Assembly (NCBI RefSeq): GCF_000019345.1
Contig: NC_010503.1
Span: 390,001 to 422,000, forward strand
DNA length: 32,000 bases
Direction of reading: 5' to 3'
From: Ureaplasma parvum serovar 3 str. ATCC 27815
GTDB lineage: Bacteria > Bacillota_I > Bacilli_A > Mycoplasmatales > Mycoplasmoidaceae
Shown: positions 1 to 10,874 of the stretch, piece by piece
Numbering within the stretch: the first letter of the stretch is position 1
Layout: each line of letters begins with the position of its first letter
Program-made: the position numbers and the translations under genes
The notes under the pieces: model-generated
Databases searched by the model: none
Told to the model about the DNA's origin: nothing
The model's input: the letters and a program-made list of their open reading frames with translations, nothing else

Positions 1-2
1 TT

Positions 3-158
3 AAAGAACGTGATCATCGTGATATGACTCGCAAAATTGCTCCACTTAAAAAAGCAAACGATGCTGTTGAAATTTTTAACGATAACATGAAATTAGATGA
101 ATGTGTACAACATTTGTATGAAATTTATTTAAAAAAAATAAAAAAGCTAAATTTTTAA
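3..158 (+). CDS. cmk: cytidylate kinase, C-terminal fragment (5' truncated by window)
   Basis: Frame 3 reads [51 protein letters not shown], matching the RD..D..R..APL..A.DA cytidylate kinase C-terminal pattern. Confidence 0.75.
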
Positions 159-234
159 TAAAAAAATAACAAACAAAATTAAAACTTTCATTTTTCTATA
201 AATCTCATAATTTATTAATGAGGTGTATATATTT

Positions 235-522
235 ATGAATTTTGATATTAATTTAATTAATGAAAATGATTATGTTTTTAGTGGATACATTATTTTAAAA
301 AAACACAATGAAGAAATTATCGAATTACTAACTTATTTAGGCGATGATCCTATTAATGATGAAGCCAAAATCATAACTTTATATAATAATGATCATATTG
401 ATCTAAAAAATCTTAATGATGGAGATTTAATTATTGTAAAAGCAAGTTTAATTATAAATAATAAAAATAACAAACAATTATTGCTTAAAGATATTAATAA
501 ACTAGAGTTAAGTATTAACTAA
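235..522 (+). CDS. hypothetical protein (95 aa)
   Basis: Open frame; ATG at 235 preferred over the track's GTG at 223 (AGGTG-like SD upstream). No recognised family. Confidence 0.6.
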   Translation: MNFDINLINENDYVFSGYIILKKHNEEIIELLTYLGDDPINDEAKIITLYNNDHIDLKNLNDGDLIIVKASLIINNKNNKQLLLKDINKLELSIN

Positions 523-573
523 TTATTTTCAAATAATTAGTTAATCATATTTATAATAATTAATGGTGGTATA

Positions 574-1368
574 ATGAATTTTTTAAAAACCTTACTGTGA
601 TTTGTTGCATATCCTTTTGTAGCATTATACATAATAATTCAAATGATTTTAGCGGCTATGATGGCAAATAAATATAAAAATGATCCAGAGTCTGTTAGCG
701 TTAATGAGCGCTATAAAAAAATAATGGGTATTATTGATGCTATTTTATATTTAAAAAATATTAAAGTAGATTTGATTGGTAAAGAAAATGTTAGTATAAA
801 AAGCATGTTATACATAGGTAATCACAAATCTAATGGTGATCCAATTGTTTTATTAAAGGCTCTTTATCAAATTAGCCCTCATAATGTGCGTTTTGTTGCT
901 AAAATTGAATTAAAAAAATCATTTTTAAAATTTTTATTTAATTTAATTGATGTAATTTACATTGACCGTAATAATTTAAGACAATCAATTTCAACAATTA
1001 ATGAACAAGTTAATGCTTTAAAACAAGATTATCGTGGATTAGTTATTTTTCCAGAAGGAACACGAAATTTTAATCATGAATTTAATGAGTTTAAATCAGG
1101 CGCTTTAACAGCTGCTTATAATACATTATCTTCGATTCAACCTTTTGTGATTTTTAACTCACAAGGTTCGTTTGAAATGAAAAACGATCAAAAGCAAAAG
1201 TTAAGATCAAATCCTTTTAAAACCCAACATATTAAAGTTAGTTTTTTAGAACCAATTCATTCTTTTAATTACATTAATATTAATAAAGATATTTTAATGC
1301 GTAAGATTCAATCAAACATTAAAAAAAATTATGATGAATTGTTAAAATCAACAATTAAAACAAATTAA
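574..1368 (+). CDS. plsC: 1-acyl-sn-glycerol-3-phosphate acyltransferase (PlsC family)
   Basis: ATG 574 after TGGTGG; one in-frame TGA (Trp) at the N-terminus. Contains NHKSNGDP (NHxxxxD block) and VIFPEGTRN (FPEGTR block). Confidence 0.9.
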
Positions 1369-1508
1369 TTTTCATTAACAGTAAATACTTTAAATAAATT
1401 AAAAAAAGTTTATTGAATTTATTGTTTTTTTATACTAAAAGTATTTTTAAAACTAATTTTTTTTATAATTAATTTATAAGTTTAATATAATAATTTTTGG
1501 TGAATAGA

Positions 1509-2384
1509 ATGAGTGAAAAGCAAATCCAAAATAGTTTATTTGAATATAAGTTTATTGATTTTAACGGTCCATTAGATACATTGTGTGTTTTAATTAAACA
1601 AAAACGTTTAGATATTAATAATTTAGATATTTTAGAGTTGTCAAAACAATATGTTAATTTTGTAAATCAATTAATTAAAACGATCGATATTGATATTTTA
1701 GGTGACCATTTAGCAATGGCTTCTTATTTACTAGAACTTAAGACTCGAATGTTGATGCCAACTGTTGATGAAAAACAAATTATGAGTATTGAAGAAGATC
1801 GCCAAAATTTAATTGATCGTTTAATTGAATACAATGGTTATAAAAATTTAAGCGAACATTTAAAACAACGTTTTGAATTTAGAGCAACTATGATGGATTT
1901 ACCACAACAAGATTATGAGCAATTTTATTTAAAAGATGCAATTTATAAGCCTTTGCCAAATCATTTAGACTCCATGATCTTAAAAAATATTATGGATAAA
2001 ATCATTTATGAAAATGAATTAAAAAATTATAAAATTAATAAGATTAAAGTTCATGAATATGATGTTAAACAATTAGAACAATTGTTATTAAATTATTTAA
2101 AACAATCGCCTAATCAACAAGCAAGTATGCTTAGTTTTTTTGATATACAAGCAGTGATTGATAAAAATAAACGTTTTTTTGCAATAATGTTTTTAATTAT
2201 TTTAATTTTAATTAATCGTAATGAAATTTTATTTGAAGAATTAGATAATGATTATTTATTAAAAATTAATATTGAAAGAGTTGTTGATGATTATAATTCT
2301 AGTAGTGTAGAACAAGCTAAAAATTTAACAAGTAATTTAACAAAAGATACAATTATTAATTTTAAAGGTGAAGACAATGAATAA
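1509..2384 (+). CDS. scpA: segregation and condensation protein A
   Basis: ScpA features: FNGPLDTLCVLIKQKRLDINNLDILELSKQYVNFV and LAMASYLLELKTRMLMP. ATG 1509 preferred over the upstream alternative. Confidence 0.92.
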   Translation: MSEKQIQNSLFEYKFIDFNGPLDTLCVLIKQKRLDINNLDILELSKQYVNFVNQLIKTIDIDILGDHLAMASYLLELKTRMLMPTVDEKQIMSIEEDRQNLIDRLIEYNGYKNLSEHLKQRFEFRATMMDLPQQDYEQFYLKDAIYKPLPNHLDSMILKNIMDKIIYENELKNYKINKIKVHEYDVKQLEQLLLNYLKQSPNQQASMLSFFDIQAVIDKNKRFFAIMFLIILILINRNEILFEELDNDYLLKINIERVVDDYNSSSVEQAKNLTSNLTKDTIINFKGEDNE

Positions 2385-3471
2385 TGATAAAAAAAATAAA
2401 AAGAATTTATTAAATAATGAATTAGATTTAGCTAAATATACATTACATAATCTATCCGCAGATAACAATGATGATGAAAATGAATTAGAATTAGATTGAG
2501 ATGGTATTGATGATGAAATTATTGATAACAATCAACAAATTTATCAAAAAAAACACATTAATCATAAAACTCGTTTATTTATAGAAAAAGATGATAAGTT
2601 AAATAATCATGAACAAATTGAATCAGGCAACGAAATTATTAATCAACCAAAAGCATTATCAGGTCAAGATTTCTTAGAGTTTGTTAATTCTAAATTAGTA
2701 CAAAAAAATAATAATTTTAAGCAAAATTCTAAATTCTTGCAGAATCAATTAACCAATCATGAATTATTACGTGAAAAATTAAAACCACAAGAAGATTTTA
2801 ACAAGATATTTAAAACAAAAGATATTAATGTTACTGAAGAAATTAAAATTAAGGATGTTAAAAAAAATAGTAGTGTTTCTTTTCGAAATTCATTTAATAT
2901 AAATGATTTGAATCAAAATCAAATTACAAACATTAAATCAATTATTGATTCTACACTGTTTTTAGCTGGTGAAGAAGGTGTTTCTTTGCAAGATTTAAAA
3001 AGAACAACAGGATTAAATGAGAGTTCTCAACTTAAAACAATTTTAAATCAATTACAAAAAGACTATGACGTTGATGATTCGGGTTTAGTTTTAGTACAAT
3101 TTGGTGAAAAATTTAAATTATTAACTCAATCCAAAAATAAAGATGCTTTATCAAAATTTGTTACAACAAGTTTTAGAACTCCCTTAAGTCAAAGAAATTT
3201 AGAAACGCTTGCTATTATTGCTTATAATCAACCAACAACTCGTGCAAAAATTCAAGCAATTCGTGATCGTGATCCCAAACCTGCCATTGACGCTCTTTTA
3301 AAATTGAATTTGATTATAGAAGCAGGCCGTCAAGACACACCAGGTCACCCAATTTTATATACTGTTAGTCAAAAATTTTATGATTTATTTGGTATAAGAA
3401 ATTTAACAGAATTACCAAGATTAAATAAAGAAATAAATGAATTTAGTCCTATTGATGAATCAACTAACTAA
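2377..3471 (+). CDS. scpB: segregation and condensation protein B with long N-terminal extension (364 aa)
   Basis: ATG 2377 overlaps the scpA end by 8 nt; in-frame TGA read as Trp. Conserved ScpB part: IDSTLFLAGEEGVSLQDLKR, TSFRTPLSQRNLETLAIIAYNQPTTRAKI, GRQDTPGHPILYTVS. Confidence 0.92.
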
Positions 3472-3565
3472 TAAAAAAATCTTTATAAATGTTAAAATAT
3501 AAAAATATTATGTAAACTTTATATTAACATACATGATGTAATAAACGTTAATTGGTGGAATATAT

Positions 3566-4915
3566 ATGAAATTACTAAATAAAATTAAGAACGAAAATGC
3601 GATTGAATTTCAAATTTTAATTGAAAAATCAGAATGAGAGAAAAAACACAAAGAATCATTTGAAAAAATTGCAAAAAAAACAGCTTCAAAATTAAAAATT
3701 CCTGGTTTTCGTCCAGGAAAAGTTCCGGTTGAAGAAGCTAAAAAACACGTTAATGAAATTGAAGTTTTTGAAACAACAACAAATGATTTAATACCGCAAG
3801 TTTTAACTTTTTTAGAACAAGATGAATCATTTATAAATGATGATTCAGAAACTGTTGACACTCCAAGTGTTGATATATTAGATTTTAAAGATGGAGAACT
3901 AAGTTTAAAAGTTGTTTATGATTTATACCCTGTTGCGACAATTGAAAGTTATAACGATTTAATTTTAACACCAATTGTGAATGAAGCTTTTGAACATGAA
4001 GTTAATGCTGAAATTGAACATGCATTAAATTCTAAATCACAAAGACGTGTTAAAGATGATAATGAATTCATTGAAAAAGGGGATGAAGTTCGATTTGATT
4101 TTAAAGGGATGATTGATAGTGTGCCTTTTGAAGGTGGAAGTGCTAAAGATCATTTATTAACAATTGGATCTAATCAATTTATTCCAGGATTTGAAGATCA
4201 AATGATAGGTTTAAAAAAAGATGAACGTAAAAATATTAATGTTAAATTTCCAGATGATTATCATGCAACCGATTTAGCAGGCAAAGCAGCAGTATTTGAA
4301 GTTTTTATCAAAGAAATTACAAATGTAAAGCCACAAGAATTAAATGATGAATTTGCTAAATCATTTAATTTGCCTAATGTTAATACAGTTCAAGAATTAA
4401 AAGATTATATTCACAATCAAATTGTTTTAGCTAAACAAGAAAAGAATAGTGAACGTGCCTGATTAGAGATTGCTCAACAATTATTAGCTAAAGCAAAGAT
4501 AACACCAATTCCTCAATCATTAATTGATCGTGAAGTTTCAACATTAAGACAACAAGTTTTATCACAATTATCACAATATAAAATTGAATTAAAACAATAT
4601 TTGGAATTTAGTAAAAAATCAGAAGCACAATTTCAAGAAGACTTGATAAGACAAGCTAAAGAAACTATAACTTTAGCACTGTTAGTTGATGATATTGCTG
4701 AAACACAAAATATTGTTGTATCTGATGAAGAAGTTAAAGAACGTGTTGCGGAAATGGCTAAACTATACCAAGGGGAAGAACAAGCTGTTATTGAACAATT
4801 ATCAAAAAATCCTGATGCTGTTAAAGAGTTCTTGTTACATAAAAAAGTTGTTAATTATTTAATTGACTTAAACAAAAATAATCAGCCAAAAAATACAACT
4901 TTATCTTCAAAATAA
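3566..4915 (+). CDS. tig: trigger factor (449 aa)
   Basis: ATG 3566 with TGGTGG-like SD. KIPGFRPGKVPVEEAKK motif, FKGMIDSVPFEGGSAKDHLLTIGSNQFIPGFEDQMIG PPIase domain; TGA=Trp at two places. Confidence 0.93.
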
Positions 4916-4975
4916 AGACAATCAAATAAGAATTAAAGAAAATTTAGGACAAAAAGGCAAAATCAATGTATAAAA

Positions 4976-5002
4976 TTAGCACTCGTAATAATAGTTTGCT
5001 AA
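4976..5002. promoter_or_regulatory. CIRCE-like inverted repeat (putative HrcA operator) upstream of lon
   Basis: TTAGCACTC - gtaataata (9 nt) - GTTTGCTAA. Left arm matches consensus TTAGCACTC 9/9, right arm matches GAGTGCTAA 7/9, with canonical 9 nt spacer. Follows an AT-rich TATAAA (-10-like) about 60 nt before the lon ATG. Confidence 0.8.
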
Positions 5003-5061
5003 TTTTTATTTGTTTTTGTTATAATATCTTAATACAATAAAGATTAGAAAAGAGGTTGTTA

Positions 5062-7437
5062 ATGAAAAAACCTATCTTAATATCACGAGCAATTGTTGTT
5101 TTACCTTATGAAACAACAACAATTGAAGTAGGACGCCCTAAATCAATCCAAGCGATTGATTTAGCTAAACAATCTTCAAGTAAAGAAATTATTATTATTT
5201 CACAAAAAGATATTGATACTGATGAAGTTGTTAATTTTGATGAATTGTATAAAGTAGGAACGTTAGTTAAAATTAAATCTATTATTGATAATTTTGATGA
5301 AGGTTATTCAATTGAAGTTGAAGGATTAAAAGCTGTTTACATTAATAATGAGAATGATGTTATTGATGCTATTGAATATGAATATGAAGATGTCATTACA
5401 AACCCTATTTTATCAAATAAAGATGAAATAGCAATCAATGGTATTAATTCTGAAATTTTCAATATAATTAACAAGCGTTCAAGACATAAAAATATCAATT
5501 TTGATAATATGCACGCTTTAATTTCACTTGAAAAAGAAAAGTTTGCTTATTTAGCTGCGGCAACTTATATTAATGATTATGATAATGAAATTAGTGAAAA
5601 AACTATTGAAGATCGAATTAATATCTTATTGCAACCTAATTTATTATTAGTTCATGAGACAATTTTACATTTATTATTTGATCAATTAGTAGATAAGCGC
5701 GTTATTGAAGATGAAGTTGAAAAAACTATTACTGATAAAATTAATAATAATTTTCAAAAACAACAACGTGAGTTCTATTTACGCGAAAAATTAAAAGTTG
5801 TTAAAGAACAATTAGGTGAACTAAGTAGTCGTGAAGAAGACGCTGATAAAATTCGTGCAAAAATTGAAGATTTAGAATTACCACCAAATGTTAAAGAACG
5901 TGCTTTAGCTGAATTAAATCGTTTTGAGAATGCTATGTCATCAAATGAATCATCAGTTATTAAATCATATCTTGATTGATTATTGGATTTACCATGAACT
6001 CAACAGGGTGTTGATAATACTGATTTGATGTCTGTAAGAACTCATTTAGATGATAATCACTATGGTATTGAAAAGGTAAAAGAAAGAATTTTAGAGTATT
6101 TAGCATTACGTATGCGTAACCCTAATCTTAAAGGTCCAATCATTTGTTTAGTTGGCCCTCCAGGTGTTGGTAAAACATCACTTGTTACTTCGATTGCACA
6201 AGCTTTAAATAAAAAATTTGTTAAAGTTAGTTTAGGTGGTGTGCGAGATGAATCTGAAATTCGAGGTCATCGTAAAACTTATGTTGGAGCTATGCCCGGA
6301 CGTATTATTAAGGGTATGAAAAAGGCTGGCGTTATCAATCCTTTATTCCTATTAGATGAAATTGATAAAATGACATCTGATCAACGAGGAGATCCTGCTG
6401 CCGCAATGCTTGAAGTATTAGATCCTGAACAAAATAAAAATTTTTCAGATAATTACATTGAAGAAGAATATGATTTGAGCAAAGTGATGTTTATGGCAAC
6501 AGCTAATTATTATCAACAAATTCCTTATGCTTTGATTGATCGTTTAGAAGTAATTGAACTATCGAGTTATACAGCAATTGAAAAACGTGAAATAGCAAAA
6601 TCACATCTATTAAAAAGAATTTTTATGGATGCTAAATTAAATGAAAATGAACTTATTTTTACTGATGATGCTTTAGATTTTATTATTAATCATTATACTA
6701 AAGAAGCTGGAGTACGAGAATTAGATCGTCAATTAGGTCATATTGTACGCAAGTACATTGTTGAAACTTATAAGAATAAAAATAATCAATCACCTTTGAA
6801 TTTAAAAGTTGATGAAGCCATGATTATTAAATATTTAGGTAAAATTAAGTTTGATTTTAATAAAAAAGAAGAGACAACAATTCCAGGAATTGTTAATGGA
6901 ATGGCTTATACAGCGGCTGGTGGCGATTTATTGCCTATTGAAGTTAATCATTCAACCAATGGAAAAGGTGGAAATGTAACTATTACTGGAAATCTTGAAA
7001 AAACAATGAATGAATCTGTATCTGTTGCTTTAGGTTTTGTTAAAGCAAATGCAGATAAATATGGCATTGATACTAAAAAAGTTTCTTTTAAAGAAATTGA
7101 TATTCATGTTCATGTTCCAAGCGGAGGAATTCCTAAAGATGGACCGTCTGCTGGAATTGCGATTACAACAGCAATTATTAGTTCATTAAGTCAAAGACCA
7201 GTGCGTACAACACTATCAATGACAGGAGAAATTATGCTACGTGGTAATGTTGGAATTATTGGTGGTGTTAAAGAAAAAGTTATTTCAGCATATCGTGCTG
7301 GAGTTCGTGAAATTATTTTACCAATTGATGACGAACGTTACTTAGAAGATGTTCCAAAGTATATATTAGATGATATTAAAATTCATTTGGTAAAACACTA
7401 TGATGAAGTTTATAATATTGTTTTTGGAGAAAAATAA
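5062..7437 (+). CDS. lon: ATP-dependent protease La (Lon), 791 aa
   Basis: ATG 5062 after AGAGG; Walker A GPPGVGKTS, DEIDKM, GGVRDESEIRGHRKTYVGAMPG, protease Ser context KDGPSAGIAI. Track ORFs 5056-5979 and 6025-7437 are one frame joined through TGA=Trp codons. Confidence 0.97.
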
Positions 7438-7443
7438 GAAATA

Positions 7444-7477
7444 TTAAAAAATAAACACTGAAGTGTTTATTTTTTAA
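7444..7477. terminator. intrinsic terminator after lon
   Basis: Perfect 16-bp inverted repeat TTAAAAAATAAACACT / AGTGTTTATTTTTTAA separated by 2 nt, ending in a T run. Confidence 0.8.
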
Positions 7478-7483
7478 TTATGT

Positions 7484-7489
7484 TATAAT
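7484..7489 (+). promoter_or_regulatory. putative extended -10 (TGTTATAAT) for rpoD
   Basis: TG-n-TATAAT 33 nt before the rpoD ATG, directly after the lon terminator. Confidence 0.55.
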
Positions 7490-7522
7490 TAAAATTAAAA
7501 TATGAGCGATGAGGATATTTAG

Positions 7523-8869
7523 ATGTCAACAAAACAAAATGAACCATTATTTGTAAATCTAGAGGATTTAAAACAAAAAGTTAAATTATCATTTACTGAA
7601 GAATTCTCATTTTCGTATGCACTTTCTGAACTTGAAGCAGGAATTTTTGAAAGTCGTAATTTAAAAGGTGCAGATGCTGGTGATCCTGAAGAAATTTTAT
7701 TAAATGTGGTTTTAGATGTTAGTAAGAAAAAACGTTCTCGAAATGAAATTAAATTTAATAAACTTCAAAATTATTTTATTCATATGAATTTACGTGAAGA
7801 ACACTTTAGTGAAATTATTGATGTTCTAGAAGCTATTGGAATTCGTGTGCCTGATTATGATTTGGTGATGCAATCAAAATCAAAGACAAACACCAAAAAA
7901 AAGGATGAATATGGTATTGATGATACTTTAGAAATTAGCACATCAAAAATTGGTTTTTCATCAACAACAACCGAAAAAGTTGATGATGGTATTAAAGCTT
8001 ATTTAGGAGTACTTGGAGAATCAAAAATGTTACGCTCTGATGAGGAAACTGAATATGCTAAAATGGTTATTAGTGACGATCCATCTCTAGTTAAAATTGG
8101 TAAAAATCAACTTTATACATCAAATATGCGTTTAGTTACTTCTATTGCTAAAAAATATTTAAATCGTGGATTAGACTTAGAAGATTTAATTCAAGAAGGG
8201 TCATCCGGTTTATTAAAAGCAATTGATAAATTTGATCATGAAAAAGGACATAAATTTAGTACATATGCAACATGATGAATTCGCCAATCAATTACGCGCG
8301 CAATTGCTGATCAAGCTCGACAAATTCGAATTCCTGTTCATATGGTTGAAACAATTAACAAATTAACTAAAGCCGAGCGAAATTTAATTCAAGAATTAGG
8401 AAGGGATCCAACGGCTGAAGAAATTGCGCAAGCTATGAACAAAGTTTCACAAGCAAAAAATCAAAAAGAACAGTTAATCACTGCACAAAAAGTTGTTGAG
8501 ATTAAAAAATTAAATGTTGACCCAGTTTCATTAGATAAACAAATTGGTCATGATGAAGAATCACAATTTTCAGATTTCATTTCTGATGATGAAATTATTT
8601 CTCCAGAAAAATATACTGAAAAAAAAGCATTAAATGATCAGATTAATGAAATGTTTGAAAAAGTTTTAAACGATAATGAACAACGTGTTATTAAAATGCG
8701 GTATGGTTTATTACCCTTCGAACGTCCTTATACACTTGAAGAAGTTGGTGAATATTTAGGAGTTACACGCGAACGTGCACGTCAAATTGAATCAAAAGCA
8801 ATTCGTAAATTAAAACATCCATCAAAAACCGCAAAACTACGTTCATTTATTGGTGAATCCGAAAACTAG
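7523..8869 (+). CDS. rpoD: RNA polymerase primary sigma factor (sigma-70, 448 aa)
   Basis: Region 2: [53 protein letters not shown]; region 4: [37 protein letters not shown]=Trp within region 2. Confidence 0.96.
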
Positions 8870-9518
8870 AATTGCTTTTATTGCTGATTTAATTAATGAC
8901 GCTCAAAATGTTGTCGATGTTGGTAGTGATCACGCATATTTAGCTAAAATCTTATTGGTTAACAATAAAGCACAACATGTTACTAATATAGAAGTTAATC
9001 AAGGTCCATTAGAAAACGGAATCAATAATTTGACTAAAAATAATCTTTTAAAACGAACTACTAATATTTTGAATGATGGTTTCAAGGGATTAATTTTGGA
9101 ACAAACATTTGATTATTGTGTTATTGCAGGGATGGGAGCAACAAGTATAATAGAAATTTTAGAACAGAATAAAAATCAAATTAAAAATTATATTTTACAA
9201 CCAAATACTCAATCATATAAAATACGTAAATATCTAAATAATCACTCATATCAAATTAAAGTTGAACACATTTTTGTTGAAAAAAAAATTTTTTATGAAA
9301 TAATCATTTGTTCTAAAACTATTAATGTACCAAAATTAATAGAAAAAGATTATTATATAAGTAGCCAGATGCATAAGGATTCATTGAATTTATATTTTAA
9401 ATTTTTAAAGAGACGTTATGAATACTTAAAAGCTTTGGATATTTCGCTAGTTAGTGAAAATATAGTTAAAGAATATGAATATATAAAGGAATTTATTAAT
9501 GAAAAAAATGGATATTAA
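8850..9518 (+). CDS. trmK: tRNA (adenine22-N1)-methyltransferase TrmK-like
   Basis: AFIADLINDAQNVVDVGSDHAYLAKILL and DYCVIAGMGATSIIEIL match TrmK/YqfN. Located immediately after sigA/rpoD and before NIF3-like, as in Firmicutes. Start (TTG 8850 or GTG 8853) uncertain. Confidence 0.8.
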   Translation: MVNPKTRIAFIADLINDAQNVVDVGSDHAYLAKILLVNNKAQHVTNIEVNQGPLENGINNLTKNNLLKRTTNILNDGFKGLILEQTFDYCVIAGMGATSIIEILEQNKNQIKNYILQPNTQSYKIRKYLNNHSYQIKVEHIFVEKKIFYEIIICSKTINVPKLIEKDYYISSQMHKDSLNLYFKFLKRRYEYLKALDISLVSENIVKEYEYIKEFINEKNGY

Positions 9519-10287
9519 AGCACAAGATATTTTGAATTTTTTAACTAAAAAATATGACTTATCAAAAGCTGAAGCTTGAGATAAAAATGGTTTATTTTTT
9601 GATGAACAACAAACAATTAATAATGTACAAATAGCATTAGATATCACAGATGATGTTGTTAATGATGCAATATTAAATAATGCTAATTTAATTATTAGTC
9701 ATCATCCATTATTTACAAATCAAGATTCAAATGATGAAGTAAATTATTTTGTTAATATCGATTTAATTGAAAAAATTAAAAAAAATAAAATCAGCTTAAT
9801 TCATTTACATACAGCATTTGATGCATCAGCAAATGGAATGAGCATGCAAATGGCTAAACGTTTAGGCTTATTGAATCTTAAGCAAGATGAACAGAATCCA
9901 TATCTTGTTGTAGGAGAATTAAAATTAGGTGTTAGTGTTGATTACATTAGTCGGATTATTAAACAAAAATTTTTATCACCTATTATTAAATATAACAACG
10001 TTTTTAGACTAGAAACAAATCTTAAAAAAATTGGTATTATAGGAGGTAGTGGTTATAAATTTGCTGATGACGCATTTAATCGTTATCAACTAGATATGTT
10101 AATTACAAGTGATTTAAAATATCATAATTGATTAGATGCACAAGCTAAAAAACAAAATATTATTGATATGAACCATTTGTCTGAATCAATTTTTATAGAT
10201 GTAATTTATGATGAATTAACAAAATTTTATGGAAATGATGCAAATTTAAATAAATCTTTATCAATTATAAAAATTAACTATATTTAA
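9499..10287 (+). CDS. NIF3/DUF34 (YqfO-like) metal-binding family protein (262 aa)
   Basis: ATG 9499 after AAGGA. WDKNGL, NANLIISHHPLFT, ISLIHLHTAFDASANGMS, GIIGGSGYKFADDA match the NIF3 family; TGA=Trp. Confidence 0.85.
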
Positions 10288-10320
10288 TTAAAAAAAGCCT
10301 TTAGGGCCTTTTTTAATTAA
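10284..10320. terminator. bidirectional intrinsic terminator between convergent genes
   Basis: TTAATTAAAAAAAGCC-TTTA-GGGCCTTTTTTAATTAA: 15/16 paired arms, A run and T run on opposite sides. Confidence 0.75.
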
Positions 10321-10646
10321 ATTTTTAAATCAAGATATGCAAGTAATTCAATAATTGCTTTTTTACGATATGCATAATATGTTGAATAACTATAAGGTAA
10401 TTCACAAATTCTTTTATTTTGAATATAAATTTCTTTAATAATTTGAGCACTAGTTTTATCTAATGCTTCTAGAACTTGCTCAACATATTCAACAAAATGC
10501 TCCCATTTTAAATATTTTTGATCATCTTTTGGATCATAATCTTTTAATTGACGATATAGTTCTCGATTTTTGCATTGAAATTTAGCAAATAAATATTCTT
10601 TAAAAAATTTTTTTACCTTAGCCATATCTATTTTACTAATACACAT
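10317..10646 (-). CDS. hypothetical protein (109 aa) with possible C-terminal HTH-like segment
   Basis: ATG preceded by GGAGG on the minus strand; C-terminus ELPYSYSTYYAYRKKAIIELLAYL resembles phage-type sigma-region-4/ArpU-like helices. Annotation is weak. Confidence 0.7.
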   Translation of the reverse strand: MCISKIDMAKVKKFFKEYLFAKFQCKNRELYRQLKDYDPKDDQKYLKWEHFVEYVEQVLEALDKTSAQIIKEIYIQNKRICELPYSYSTYYAYRKKAIIELLAYLDLKI

Positions 10647-10833
10647 AAAACCTCCATCTTTTTTAATAAAAATAAAGCAAGTATAATTAAATTAAAATAT
10701 ATTTTTTCAGTTTAAGAATATCAAAAATGTACAGAAAATATTTATTTTTTTATATAAAATTTTAGAAATTTTTTCTAAATTTATTTAATATTTGAACTTT
10801 AAATATAAAAATAATTTATATTTACATGGAACA

Positions 10834-10874
10834 AAAAAAGATGATAGCATTTTAAATGTGAAATCATCTTTTTT
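10834..10874. terminator. intrinsic terminator-like hairpin at the end of the minus-strand membrane protein gene
   Basis: Perfect 12-bp stem AAAAAAGATGAT / ATCATCTTTTTT with 17-nt loop. Confidence 0.6.

Noticed and set aside
2337-2531. Minus-strand 64-aa ORF
   Set aside because: Antisense to the scpA/scpB junction, low complexity, no SD or motif; spurious.
3610-3861. Minus-strand 83-aa ORF within tig
   Set aside because: Antisense to the conserved trigger factor N-terminus; no supporting signal.
5979-6025. Apparent split of lon into two ORFs, suggesting a pseudogene or frameshift
   Set aside because: Both ORFs are in the same frame and join through TGA=Trp codons; length and motifs of Lon are complete.
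8275-8342. Apparent break in the sigma factor gene
   Set aside because: Same frame on both sides, separated only by TGA at conserved Trp positions in region 2.
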